NCBI GenBank assembly: GCA_036785375.1
Contig: JAWMAR010000123.1
Location: forward strand, 1,984,001-2,048,000
Direction of reading: 5' to 3'
Length of the DNA: 64,000 nt
Origin: Leucoraja ocellata
Taxonomy: Eukaryota
Positions 26,450-39,519 of this stretch are shown here, piece by piece; the first letter of the stretch is position 1, and every line of letters begins with the position of its first letter. The translations under genes and the position numbers were made by a program. The notes under the pieces are model-generated. The model searched no databases. It saw nothing but the letters and a program-made list of their open reading frames with translations, and was not told the origin of the DNA.

Positions 26450-26850
26450 TATGAACATAGAAAAATAGGAACTGGACTGGGCCCTTTCAGTCTGTTCCCT
26501 CTCCATGGTGTCTTTTGTGTCTAGATATCTGTCTATCTTCTCCTTTAAAAACATTCAATGACCTGACCTCCACAGCGCTCTGCTGTAGAGAATTCCACAA
26601 GTCCTTCATCTTCTGAGCGAAGAAATGTCTCCTTGTCTCTTTCCTAATTGTATAACCCCCCTATCCCCAGACTGTGACCCCTGGCTCAAGACTCCCCAGC
26701 CAGGGGAAAATCCTCACTGCAAACCCTGTCAGTTGTCCACGTTTCAATGAGATAGTCATAGAGATCTCTCATTATTACAGACAGTAATGAATACAAGCCT
26801 TGTTAATCCAATTTCTCCTCATTCAATAGTCCTGCCATCCTGAGCGTAAA
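26450..26850 (-). mobile_element. CR1-type LINE 3' fragment, decayed
   Basis: gaacatagaaaaatagga tail; cctccacagcgctctgctgtagagaattccac. Confidence 0.65.
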
Positions 26851-27083
26851 TCATTTTCAATCTCCCACAAATGTTCTTCTGGAAACAAGCTGCAGTTCAT
26901 AAGTTTCTTATTGTGTTGTTGAGGTAAAGAGAGAAGTGATCTGAATCTGCATTAGTTGATGATATTCAAGTCTGGGTGTAACTCGGTTTTCCTGGGTTGC
27001 ATCAAAAGTTGCCAGAGCAATCTTTAGATCAATTTTAAAGTGTTTTTGTTCTCTGTCATCATGCTTCTGTTTTTTTTCTCCAG

Positions 27084-27294
27084 TCGCCAGAATCATTTGA
27101 AAGAGCAGCAACAGCAACAGCAACCCCCTCCAGCACCTCCGATTCTGCTGCCTGATGAAGCTGAATGCCTTACTGTGCCTAGGTATAAACGAGACTTGGT
27201 TCAAAAGCTCAAGATCCTGAGACAAGAGCTGTCACAGCAGCAGCCCCAGGCTGGTCACTGTCGCATTGAGGTTTCAAGGGAGGAGATATTTGAG
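27084..27294 (+). CDS. SMURF2: SMURF2 exon, WW3-HECT linker: RQNHLKEQQQQQQPPPAPP...YKRDLVQKLKILRQEL...SREEIFE
   Basis: polypyrimidine tract ctccag|T acceptor, GAG|gtaaag donor, 211 nt. Confidence 0.96.
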
Positions 27295-27834
27295 GTAAAG
27301 ACTTTCCTTTATTCTCCCTCAATTTCAAAAGCAGAGTAACTAATGGTATATCACTTTGGGTCACTGTATGATTTATTTCTGTGAAAGTTTTTGAGAGACT
27401 CCAGCACCATTTCTAATTGCAGCAAAAGGAATGATTCTGCTTGCAATCACAGAATATTCCCAGTCACCCTGCTACACAAAGTAGTGTAATGAGCATTTGT
27501 TCCAAGACAAATACTCTGCAGGTGGCCTAGATAGAGTATCTCATGGGTTGATATAATTTCATATCCTGGTTGTCTGCTGCTTTAGTTTTTCATGGATTAT
27601 TTGATCTTAATTTATTCCTTCATCAGGACATATTTTTAACCAGAAGTGGACACTTTCGCAAATTGAAATCCAGGTCTTGAATTATTGCTTTAAAGGAATT
27701 ATCCTTTAAATTTAGTTTATTTTTATTCAAAACCAACTTGTTTCTGAATCTGTTTTAGTTTCTAATTAAGACTTTTTGTATGTCACTTTCTTACCATCAA
27801 GTTAGCTCCCAGAGATCACATCACTTTGCTTCTG

Positions 27835-28010
27835 CTCTTTGGATGCTTTCAAGAGAGAGCTAGATGGGGTCTTAAAAATAGCAGTCAGGGGATATGGGGA
27901 GAAGGCAGGAACGGGGTAGTGATTGGGGATGATCAGCCATGATCACATTGAATGGCGGTGCTGGCTCGAAGGGCCGAATGGCCTACTCATGCACCTATTG
28001 TCTATTGTCT
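27835..28010 (+). mobile_element. CR1-type LINE 3' tail
   Basis: ggatgctttcaagagagagctagat...ggccgaatggcctactcatgcacctattgtctattgtct. Confidence 0.85.
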
Positions 28011-28231
28011 TTCCCCATTTATGACTGACTGTGTGAGGGTGGATGGAGTGTTGATGGTCATGATTTGCAGCCCTTATGTTACCCACACTCTGCATTCTTT
28101 GACTAAAAATGTTACTTGGACTACTGTTGCAGCTGGAAAAATGGAGGAAATAAAGATTGATAAAATTTGTCGATGGGCAGTGGCATGTCCAAGTGTGGGA
28201 GGAGAGGGTGGTGATGATTATTTGAAATTGA

Positions 28232-28423
<192 letters not shown>

Positions 28424-28772
28424 TAAGTGATTCACGAAAGATAAAGCATGTGGACACTTTCTTATTGGTCTTCATTTTTCATCACTCCCTCCTCCTGAAT
28501 AAAGTTGAATCTGAATCTGAGAAGGTATTCCCTCTGAAAGTGACTTCCCGACCTGGATCCATGGTTCGCCAACAGGCATCCAAGATATATAGCCACCGCC
28601 GAGGATGACATTGCCATCTAACTTGCTCTCTTTAAACTGCTTAACCCACTGTTGCTCTGAGCTGGGCAATCCAGGGATCCAGTTTTGATTTGGAGAATTC
28701 ATGCTTCCCATGTGATTGCATTCAGAATGCAAAGTCTTTCTTTCCATCTGACCAAATTCTTCTCTAGTGGCA

Positions 28773-28961
28773 GAATTAACTGCAGATGCTGGTTAAAACG
28801 TAGATAGACACAAAAAGCTGGAGTAACTCAGCGGGACAGGCAGCATCTCTGGAGAGAAGAAGGGTGATGTCTTAAGAAGGGTCTCAACCCGAGACGTCAC
28901 CCATTCCTTCTCTCCAGAGATGCTGCCTGTCCTGCTGAGTTACTTCAGATTTTTGTGTCTA
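28773..28961. mobile_element. Fold-back Penelope-derived mini-element with central hammerhead remnant and TSD
   Basis: ~60-nt inverted arms; flanking repeat ctctagtggca / ctcttgtggca. Confidence 0.8.
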
Positions 28962-30039
28962 CTCTTGTGGCAACAGCGTCCTTGTGAATCCACACCTTTA
29001 TTGCCTGATGTTGATATGGATTTGAGCGGAGGTGATACGTAGTTACTACCAGCCAAAAGCAATTCTGACTATTTGGATTTTTAATTATCTTGATTTGGTA
29101 CCATATAAATATGGTCCTGCATTGTTATGGCCAGAAGATCAAGTAACTACAATAAAACAATTCAGCACTGAATGAAGAGAGGGTGGGAGAGGGAATTTGC
29201 ATTAGTATTGTCATTATCGTCATCAAAGTTAATAAAGTAGTTGATGTTTCTCTGGATAGAAACCCACACTTTACTGGATCGGCTTAAAAATACAAGCCAG
29301 TTAGGCTATAAAGCACACTTGACCTAGAAGCAATAGTTCTCTGCATTTTAAGTAAAGAACGCCTAGTTGGTGGTAGGTTGGATTGTAGCAATGTCAACTG
29401 AAGTTTGGCTGTTAAGAAATTTCAGCATTTGTTTTCAAATGTAAGATTAAAAAAAAATCAATATCTGGTCACGTCTAGTTAAATAATTTTCATGTGATCC
29501 TCATGTGGTTTTCTGAAGTGATGTGAATTGTCAGGCCCTACTTTAAAGAAGTGGTGCACAAGTTTTGTTTTATGTCTTTGTTTTATGTCTATGTACAATG
29601 TGGTTGATCAACGTTGCAACTAGTTTGTTATGAACACTAAGTTGAGAGTTTGTTATAGTAAATTAATTGCATTCATATTTGTAATATTACTTCCCATTGA
29701 TTAAAGAGTAAAGCTGCAATGCCATGATTTGGTGGTTTAATCTGGATCAATGTGCAGCACCATCTTGTGGCTAAATTCCTGGACCAAGCCCATGTTACAT
29801 CACTTGGAATTCATGATGTTCTTTACAATTGAAAAATGTTTTGAAATACTTTACATTCATACAGCATTAAGCATTTTTTAAGTCCCTCCCTTTTCTTCTG
29901 TCATTTTTCACCTGTAGGATTTGATTTAGTTCTTGGATTGTTCCAATGCACTTCCATCAATCTTAACCCCCCCCCCCCCCCCCCCCACTTATTTCCATGT
30001 AAACTGCTCTTTCTCACATTCCCATAAACTTCAACCTGA

Positions 30040-30240
30040 TTTTCCTGCCATTTGGGCACACTGGCAATTTACAGTGGTCAATTAACGTACACACGCTTAT
30101 GTCTTTGGGAAGTAGCATGAAACCAGAGAACCCATGTGGTCACGGAGAACGTGCCAACTCCATATAGACAGCATTGGAGTATTGAACCCAGGTCGCTGGA
30201 GTTGTGAGACAACCTCACTTACTTGCTGCTCCACTTTACA
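30040..30240 (-). mobile_element. tRNA-derived SINE (HE1-like)
   Basis: gtggtcacggagaacgtgccaactccatatagacagca...attgaacccagg (reverse B-box). Confidence 0.65.
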
Positions 30241-30608
30241 CCCTTCATTGTACTTGCTTTTATTGGACGTAAAAATATCTCTGCCACTCCAAGGATTAGT
30301 TTTTGCCATGTGGAGACGATATATCAGTTCTGCAAATATGTTTGGCAATTGCAGAATATTTTGTATAGTTTGAATAATTACCTATTGAAGGGCTTTAGGT
30401 CTTTGCTTGAAATTGCTAATTTATAGCCATTTAACTACCCTTTTCTCTATGACGTAAGTATTTTCAAAAGAGGAAGCAGTCCACCTGTAACCTATAATTA
30501 ACATGAACACCTAAACCAACATTACAGAACAATTTCACCTTCATAGTCTGAAAGACATACCCAAATTTCGAAACGCAACCCTTGTGAAACAGTGCATCCT
30601 CAAATTAG

Positions 30609-30818
<210 letters not shown>

Positions 30819-30859
30819 TAGTATACAATTTGTAGTAAGGTTTGTTATTTCTCAACATC

Positions 30860-32255
30860 GTCAAGTTTATTTGTCACATACGCATACGAGATGTGCAGTG
30901 AAATGAAAAGAGGGAATGCCTGCGGAATGTGCAAAAAACTACAAAACAGAATAGAACAGAATCAGTAATTACATATTGGTGAGCAGAAAAACCAGCAATT
31001 TAAAAACAGACACAACACAACAGTAGTTTGGGACAGTAAGTTAGTCCCTGGTGAGATAAGAGTTTACAGTCTTAATGGCCTCTGGGAAGAAACTCCGTCT
31101 CATCCTCTCTTTCACAGCATGACAGCAGAGGCGTTTGCCTGACCGTAACAGCTGGAACGGTCCATTGCTGGGGTGGAATGGGTCCCCCATAATGTTGCTG
31201 TCTCTGGATCTGCACCTTCTGATGTATAGTTCCTGCAGAGGGGCGAGTGTAGTTCCCATAGTGTGTTCGGCCGAAGGCACTACTCTCTGCAGAGCCTTCT
31301 TATCCCAGGCAGAGCAGCTCCCAAACCAGATTGTGATGTTTCCGGACATGATGCTTTCTACAGCCGCTGAGTAGAAGCACTGGAGGATCCTAAAAGTGAC
31401 CCTGAATTTCCTCAGCTGCCTGAAGTGGTAAAGGCGCTGCCTTGCCTTACTCACCAGTGCGGCAGCGTGTGATGTCCATGTCAGATCCTCAGTGATGTGG
31501 ACTCCCAGGTATTTAAAGCAGCTCACCCTTTCCACAATATCCCCATTTATCTTCAGTGGCGTGTACGTCCTCGGATGTTGTGCCTTCCTAAAGTCCACGA
31601 TCAGCTCCTTAGTTTTTTTGACATTCAAGAGGAGGCCGTTGTCCTGACACCAGAGTGCCAGATCAGCCACCTCTTCCCGGTAGGCGTTCTCATTATTTTC
31701 GGTGATCAGGCCCACCATCACAATGTCATCAACAAACTAGATTATAGAGTTGGTGCTGAACCTAGCCCCACAGTCATGTGTGTACTGGGAGTACAGTAGG
31801 GGACTGAGGACGCAACCCTGGGGGGGATCCTGTGCTCAGGGTGAGGGTCTTTGAAGTATTTCCTCCCATCTTGACTACCTGGGGCCTGGCGGTGAGAGTC
31901 CAGGCCCAGGCACACAGGGGAGTGTTAAGTCCCAGTTCCAGCAGCTTCTCAGCAAGTCTGGTGGGGACTATCGTGTTGAAAGCTGAACTGTAGTCAATGA
32001 ACAGCATCCTCACATAGCCCCCCTTCTGGCTGTCGAGGTGAGAGAGCGTGGTGTGCAGAACCTGGGAGACCGCATCGTCCGTGAATCTGTTCGGACGGTA
32101 TGCGAACTGTAGCGGGTCCATGTTGCGAGGGAGGAAGACGCAGATGTGTTTCTTGACCAGCCTCTCAAAGCATTTCATGACTACTGAGGTGAGGGCCACC
32201 GGTCGGTAGTCATTCAAACAAGCTGGAGAGGCATTCTTTGGTACAGGTACAATCA
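30860..32255 (-). mobile_element. Rex1/Babar-clade non-LTR retrotransposon, 5'-truncated RT region with few disablements
   Basis: IVPVPK...[69 protein letters not shown]; frameshift and stop near the (F)xDD motif. Confidence 0.93.
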
Positions 32256-34161
32256 TGAGACTAGCCAGTAGACCAAAATGCACTGGTTTTGATGATTGAA
32301 TGTAGTCCGTCCGATGAGATGAACCCAAGAGAGTGAAAGCAGAAAGATCTGGATTATTCTTGAAAACCCACAGGTCTGTGTGCATACTTATGGCTGTGAG
32401 TAAACTATTCTTATAGTAATTGGCCGTTGATAGACAAGAGTGGAATGAGACTTGTGTTCAAATGAGAGATTAATTTAAATATAATGACATGCAAGGAAAA
32501 AAATCACAAAACAGTCATTAGATTTAATAATGGTCTGAATCGTCTATGGTAAATTGGCGCTGTGTATGTCAAGTAATATCCCGTCAAATTGCATGATTTC
32601 TTGTTACACTAACGCTTGAGGCTTGAGTTGGCCCAGTTTTGTCATGGTGCTCTTGCCAGTTTTAGTCCGTTCTTTGTTGAGTCATTAAATGGAGGATTTA
32701 ATATGTGTATGTTTGTTGTCCGTCCTCTATTTTAATTGTTCATTTATTCAATTAAATAGTTATTACCAGCCTTAAATATGAGTCGGAGAACTGTGGTTAA
32801 AAGTGCAACCTTACAATGGCACAGATAGAAAATGATTTGCATTTTATTAAGCTATTTAGTTAATAAACCTTATGGTTCGTATTTCTGGAATTATGGTAGG
32901 TGATTCTAATTCCATTGTAATTTTGTAGTAGGAATGGAAGTTATATTGTGACTTTACAAAGGCATTTTGCCATCACAGAGTCAGCATTATATTGGAACAG
33001 ATTTGTGTGGAAATGAGCAGCGGTTTAATCTGAAGTTTGTGTGAGCCAGTCTGGCACAGTATTCATAAGGTGGTAATTTGCACTTGCACTTTATTGAGTT
33101 TGCTTGGTGCAGGGTTCTGGTATAAGGAACCCAAAGAAAACTGATGGGGCAAGAAAAGCAAAATTGAGGATGAATACGGTTTTGAATTTTTTTTTTCTTT
33201 ACATTAACTTAGAATTGACGTAAAATGTCTTTGAAAAATATTTGTATTAGCTCATTTGGTTTTGGAAATTCAAGTTTACAACCCCCCCTTTATGCAGCTT
33301 GAGATCGGTTGTCCCAAACTAAATGGAGTCTCCCAGACAGTTCATGCGGTGAAAGGTATTGAATTGCTTACCTGATATGCTACTGGCTGATTTATGGATG
33401 AGAACTACTGGATTCATAGTGGCTGCTTCTGTAACCAGCCCCTTGAGCATTTCACATGCAGCTCCAGAAAATATGTTTTTTTTAACGCTTTTAACTTCAA
33501 TTCCGAATGCCATTTACATTTGAAATATTGAAGAAAGATTAGTGTGTCTGGATCCTACCCTTCAAATCGAAAGATTATGATACTGCAGTTTTTAAATGTC
33601 ACAGCTTTTGATAGTATTTTAAATTGTCAACTCTAAGCCAGGATAACAATATTTTAAGCTTTAAATGAAATTAATACTTTTGAATGTTACCATTTAAAAA
33701 TGTATGATGAGGTATGCAGGGAAAGTGTAATTGCTCTTTAATCTTCAGAGTATCGTAGTTCCTGCAATTTGAGCATGTATTCTGCGTGCAAAATTTATAA
33801 AGTTATTTGCTTTATATTTCTGACTGTGCCTGGTGGAGAAGAATGTACAGATGGCTTTTTGAGTCCACAAAAAACGTGGTACCTTGTAAATGAAAAATGC
33901 TTGTTGAAATATGAGAATGTCTAGAAATTCCAGTGTAGGAAATAGCGTGGTGGGATAGAAACTACTTGGAAAATAGGGGGGAAAGCCTTGTACGCTTTCG
34001 TAACAAGAATTCTGAAGTTAGTCCTTCATTTTTGTACAGTTTTACATAGCAAAAGTAATAATTAAAGCAAACCTAATTTTTCTTTTTCATATGTATTGAC
34101 AATTAATCTACCTGTTTAAAAACGTCAGCAAAATGTTTAATTTGAGGCAACTTATTTCAGA

Positions 34162-34320
34162 GTGTTTAAGAAAGATCTGCAGATGCTGGTAAAATGGAAG
34201 GTAGACACAAAATGCTGGAGAAACTCATAGACTCTGAAGGGTCTCGACCCGAAACGTCGCCAATTCCATAGGTGCTGCCTCACCCGCTGAGTTTCTCCAG
34301 CATTTTGTGTCTACCTTCCA
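34162..34320. mobile_element. Fold-back Penelope-derived mini-element immediately upstream of a SMURF2 acceptor
   Basis: Perfect 33-bp inverted repeat 34195-34227 / 34288-34320; core GGGTCTCGACCCGAAACGTC; flanking repeat caacttattt. Confidence 0.8.
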
Positions 34321-34369
34321 ACTTATTTTGGAGCATTGTTTAACTGTAATCTTGTTCTTTCCAAATTAG

Positions 34370-34548
34370 GAGCATTTGTCTTATTTCCATTTTGTTGGTC
34401 GGATAATGGGGATGGCAGTGTTTCATGGACACTACATTGACGGGGGCTTCACTCTACCCTTCTACAAGCAGCTGCTGGGAAAGTCTATCACACTGGATGA
34501 CATGGAGTCTGTGGACCCAGATCTACACAACAGCTTAGTCTGGATTCT
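34370..34548 (+). CDS. SMURF2: SMURF2 exon, HECT: [27 protein letters not shown]...LHNSLVWIL
   Basis: aattag|GAG, CT|gtatgt, 179 nt. Confidence 0.97.
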
Positions 34549-36038
34549 GTATGTACATCATAACTCCATTCTAAATAGCAGTTTTCTCTCTCGGCATGTA
34601 AAATAATGTTGGCAATTTTGTTTAGTAGTAGTAAAATCAAAATGGAGTGGGGCAGATTGAGGCTATTTTCAAAGCTCTCTTGAAGAATCTACAAATCAAT
34701 GTAATTTATCTTTAAAATAAAAAAGTGGTTTCACACATGAACTTCACTTGAAAGCTGAGGGTGTTTGTAAGTCCTACTCTGATTGTTCACAGTCCATTAG
34801 ACGTCTGCATAAGTACTCAGTGGCAGTGAATGATTTGTATCTCAGTGCAGTTTTGGGTTGAGGGCTCGAGCTCAAATGTCGTTCATTCAACAAAATTGTG
34901 GCCAGCTTTACTTGTTGTGTTGCTGCAACAATTAGCTGATCTTGTCTGTCTAAGGAAGGACCCACACAATTCAATTCAAATGAAAATAAGTTGTTTGATT
35001 TGTTTCTCTATGAATGTTTGTATTTTTGAAATCACTAACATTTAAATTCATTGGGTCATCTACACTGTGTTGAACTTATTAATTGATGTTCTTTTAAAAT
35101 CATGGAACATAATAAAACTTTGGACATATTTGGTCAGCTGGATATCTCCCATAGCTGTTAGAAAATATATTTTTTACATCAAATATCGAGATGTTTTACA
35201 GCATAGTCATGAACTATTTACTTTGTGGCATCTGCTAAACTTCTGTGAATATATCTGTTGCATTACGTCTACTGTTTGTTTGCTCTTTTACTATTTAATA
35301 ATGCATTTTGGATTTAAAGTCCAAGACGAAGTCTAGTCTTATATTATTCTGCTGTCTCCCAAAGCTCGGGGGCTCTGTTGAAGGCATAACATAAAACTAG
35401 TAGCTTAAACAATCTGAAAGAGTTCTCTGTTCATTATCTGGATGTGCCCCAGGTATTGGATTAAGTGAGTACCCCATCTGAGACATAGATGTTATGGTGT
35501 TTTAATAGATGTAATCTGAAACACACTCGTCAAAATGTGCAGAACATAACAGGGAAACAAAACCGAAAATGTAACAATCTACCAATACTAATTACTGTGT
35601 TCTGTCCAATTTTTGTTTTACAAATGGATTAATTATCATCATTGTTCTTCACAATTATTGGACCAATGGTCTCCCCACAAAAAAAAAATACTTGTGTTTA
35701 CTTTGTCTGGATGTGGGATATGTATATTGCTGACACGAAGTGTCCCTGACTTCAGTGGTGTGATGTGGATGGTGGCCAGCCCTTCAATCCAGTGAAGAAA
35801 CCCCAGTCCTCCCAAATCTCTTGAGAGCTTTGATGATCAACACGACCCCCCCCCCCCCTCAACTTTCTCTGGTTTCAAAGTGAAGATTGCAATGTAGATT
35901 GTGTTTGGTATCCAAAGATTGTTATATTTCTGTTGTCTAAAATTTATTTAACTTCTTTATCAACTGATTATTCATAAAATATACACTATTTGGGAGGAGA
36001 ATAGTTGAATTAATCAATTTTATTTTTCTTCCATGTAG

Positions 36039-36176
36039 TGAAAATGACATCACCGGTGTCTTAGATCACACATTCTGCGTAGAGCATAATGCCTATGGAG
36101 AAATCATTCAACATGAATTGAAGCCAAATGGGAAAAGCATCCCTGTCACAGAAGAAACCAAGAAGGAGTATGTCCG
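36039..36176 (+). CDS. SMURF2: SMURF2 exon, HECT: ENDITGVLDHTFCVEHNAYGEIIQHELKPNGKSIPVTEETKKEYVR
   Basis: catgtag|T, CG|gtatga, 138 nt. Confidence 0.97.
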
Positions 36177-37445
36177 GTATGAGACACCACAGGCTTCTCC
36201 GGTTCATTACAATTCTATGATGATACTTTGAGCACAATTTTCCCTCATCAGCAAAATAGTCAGTAACCCACCAGCTCAGTAAGAGTACAGATTTGTACAG
36301 TTAAGTGCATGTTACAGCTTTGCAATGTGGTAAGGAAATGTAAAAAAAGTATCTATCAGGAGATCAGTCCCCCCCCCCCCCCCCATGTAAGTAAGTAAGT
36401 AAGTTTATGTGTACCTGCTTAAGGATACATCTGTCAGTGCTGTGGGTTGACGCCTGGGTATTTTCACAAAGTCAGCAAGTACTTAATCTCCATTGAAATA
36501 TTTATTCATCGCCATTACTGAAGTAACTTTTTTCCCCCCAATCATTTTGTAGATTTTTGCATCATGCCCTACAATGTTGACAATTCAGCAATGTAAATAA
36601 TTTTACTCTAAAAATCTGAGGGAACTTTGTTTATTGGCGGTAATGTTAATTCAACCCATTGAGCAGCTGAAACGAGTACTTCCCAAACACAACCTGCACT
36701 CATCCCCCTTTATTGCTTGTTACCGTTAGCTTCAATTCTTCTATTGTTTTCTACCAATCTTTCAAATGCTTTCGTTTTTATTTTTTGAATTGCTTTTTCC
36801 CCTCTCCTATCCTTTCTCCACCACCCTCTTTCTCCCCCCCCCACCCACCGACCCCTTGTTTCTGTTTCTGATTGATATCCAACTCAAGCACCCGACATTT
36901 ATCAATGAAACGGGGTAGTGATTGTTGGAAAGTTACTTGACTGCAAAAGCACAGGGAGACAGGAAAAGCTTGATGAAAGAAGGACAAAGTCTAACTGGTA
37001 TGACTTGGCCATTCTTGATGCTGAAAGTCCAAAGTCATTTGTCCTATCAAGGGCTATGTCTCAATCATAATTGTGCAGATAAGCACATCTTTCATCAGGG
37101 GTGACTCAGCTTTAATTATCCTCCTTACTATTTACATGTACCAGTCAATTCCAGCACTTTTCCTACACCTTCCCCTTCCCTTATCCAAGATCAGCAAATT
37201 CAGCACTGTTCAGCATTACCATGGCTGAATTCCCTGCAATCATATATTATCATTTGGTCACCATTGATTAGAAATCTAATGGTCAATGGTATTATAATAT
37301 CTCTCTAAACCTTTCCAAGTTCAATCTCTTGAAACCAATCCAAATTTCTTAAATATGCTAATTGTCCCTGCCTCTACCACTTCCTCGAGCAGCATGTTCC
37401 ATATACCCACCCCACATTAACTTGAGAAATTGTTCCCTGCCTCAG

Positions 37446-37566
37446 GCTGTACGTGAACTGGCGGTTTCTACGAGGTATTGAGGCCCAGTTTCTGGCTCTG
37501 CAGAAAGGATTCAATGAGGTGATCCCACAGCATTTGCTGAAAACATTTGATGAGAAGGAGTTGGAG
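37446..37566 (+). CDS. SMURF2: SMURF2 exon, HECT: LYVNWRFLRGIEAQFLALQKGFNEVIPQHLLKTFDEKELE
   Basis: cctcag|G, GAG|gtgagt, 121 nt. Confidence 0.97.
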
Positions 37567-38091
37567 GTGAGTTTTTGTCACGGTACATAATACCCATTTA
37601 TTCTGCGTTGGTTTTTCACACTTGGTGTCTTTTTCATTGCCATGAGAAAGTACACAGTTTACTGATTCAGAGTGAAAATGGTAGCCACACTTGCCCTGCT
37701 CCTGTAAATATGAATCTTCTGTTCCTATGTTCATATTTTCACCCTCTAACAGTCAATTAACTGGATGCCTTGTACACTTTATCCAGATGACAGCTCCGGC
37801 CTCTTATCCAGCGTTCCCACATTCTGCAACTTTAAACACATTTATTTCCATTGTTTCCCCAGTTCTAACTGAAACATTATCTCTGTTTCTCTCTCCTTGG
37901 ATGCTGTCTGACATGCTAAGTGACTTTGGCATTTTCTGTTTTTATTTCACATTTTCATCATCTGCAGTTTGTTTTTATTTAGAATTGAAATAAAAGACTA
38001 CCAGCTATTTTCAGTAGCTGGGAAATCTGGTGAGGTTACCATGTAACAAAAGAGGCACGCAGTGATGTAGGGGGGGCAGTCAGGCCTTGAG

Positions 38092-38282
38092 TCGGGCAGC
38101 ATCTCAGGAGAACATGGATAGGCGACATAACTCTTTTTCAGACTCGAGAAGAAGGTCTGAAGAAGTGTTCCGACTTGAAAAGCTAACTCAGCATTCTCTA
38201 GAGATGCTGCCTGACCTGCTGAGTTACTCCAGCACTTTGTGTCTTTTTTGGTAAACCAGTATCTGCAGTTCCTTGTCTCCAC
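38092..38282. mobile_element. Penelope-derived mini-element (decayed fold-back)
   Basis: CTGAAGAAG remnant and shared tail gatgctgcctgacctgctgagttactccagca...tctgcagttccttg. Confidence 0.7.
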
Positions 38283-38322
38283 TCTGTAACTATGTTCACT
38301 TGCTCTTTATTGACTCTTCCAG

Positions 38323-38524
38323 CTCATTATCTGCGGCCTTGGAAAGATTGATATCATTGACTGGAAATCAAACACTAGGTTAAAACACTGTACGCCAGAT
38401 AGCAATATTGTTAAGTGGTTTTGGAAGGCAGTGGAGTCTTTCGATGAGGAAAGACGAGCCCGATTACTCCAGTTTGTCACCGGATCCTCCCGAGTGCCTC
38501 TACAGGGTTTCAAAGCGTTGCAAG
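38323..38524 (+). CDS. SMURF2: SMURF2 exon, HECT: LIICGLGKIDIIDWKSNTRLKHC...LLQFVTGSSRVPLQGFKALQ
   Basis: cttccag|CTC, AAG|gtgagc, 202 nt; HECT motif LLQFVTGS. Confidence 0.97.
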
Positions 38525-38698
38525 GTGAGCCCGGTGTACTACAAAACATTGATCACTTCTCTCTCCCCGCGTGTCAGAGGGCAAGTGGGGCTGGGAAAAG
38601 GTATATCAGCATCTCAATGTTATTTTGTGATGAAATGTGTGCTAAGATTACAGGTAACACAGAGTAACTGATACTGTACCATCTTATGATTACAACAG

Positions 38699-38774
38699 GT
38701 GCAGCAGGTCCAAGGCTTTTTACCATTCACCAGATCGATGCCAGCCCTAACAACCTCCCCAAAGCACATACCTG
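38699..38774 (+). CDS. SMURF2: SMURF2 exon, HECT C-lobe: GAAGPRLFTIHQIDASPNNLPKAHTC (catalytic Cys codon split TG|C)
   Basis: caacag|GT, TG|gtagat, 76 nt; LPKAHTCFN catalytic motif spans the junction. Confidence 0.96.
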
Positions 38775-39390
38775 GTAGATGACGTTTTTATTTAGTTTGT
38801 TTAATAGTACCATTACAAGTTATTTAAAAGTGGGACGAGGAAATGAAAAAACATGGTTAATTAAATGAATCAGTGGAACATAACGAGAAAGACAGTATCT
38901 TGGCGGAATCCACCCACTCTATTAAACTTGTACTACACTTGCAGAATTAATGGGTTGGCGGATCGGCTTACTATTGAAAACAGCCAGTAATAATGTTCTG
39001 TCATCGTGTATCTCTCTCTCTCTCTCGTTCCCTGAACCGAGCAGACTGGTGTCGTGCATGGAGAGAGAACTACAGCAGAATTTGCACTTTGAGTTATAAA
39101 TAAATGAAAAGATGGATCAGGGACCTGATGCAAATAGTAAGGGGATATAATTAAAATAGTTCATGGGTACTTTGTCACAGGTACCTAGATACAGTGATAT
39201 TCTTTGTTTTTAATACATTTCAATAAAATCATATTATTTATGATCATATATAATTACAAGAGTGCAACGATTGCCATGTAAGAAATAGTAGATGCCTTCT
39301 GAGGCAGTGCACAGAGTCGTCACGTTTCCTATCTTGTATCTTTAAAAGTCCTGTCAAATAACATTGTACCCAATCATGTCAGACTATTGA

Positions 39391-39519
<129 letters not shown>

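Noticed and set aside
29967-29986. Poly-C and poly-G tracts (also ~18819 and ~35786)
   Set aside because: Homopolymers of uncertain assembled length with no supporting context.
36369-36404. C16 run followed by (GTAA)4GT, resembling tandem 5' splice sites
   Set aside because: Simple repeat, probably a retroelement tail remnant; the true donor at 36176 gives the correct frame.
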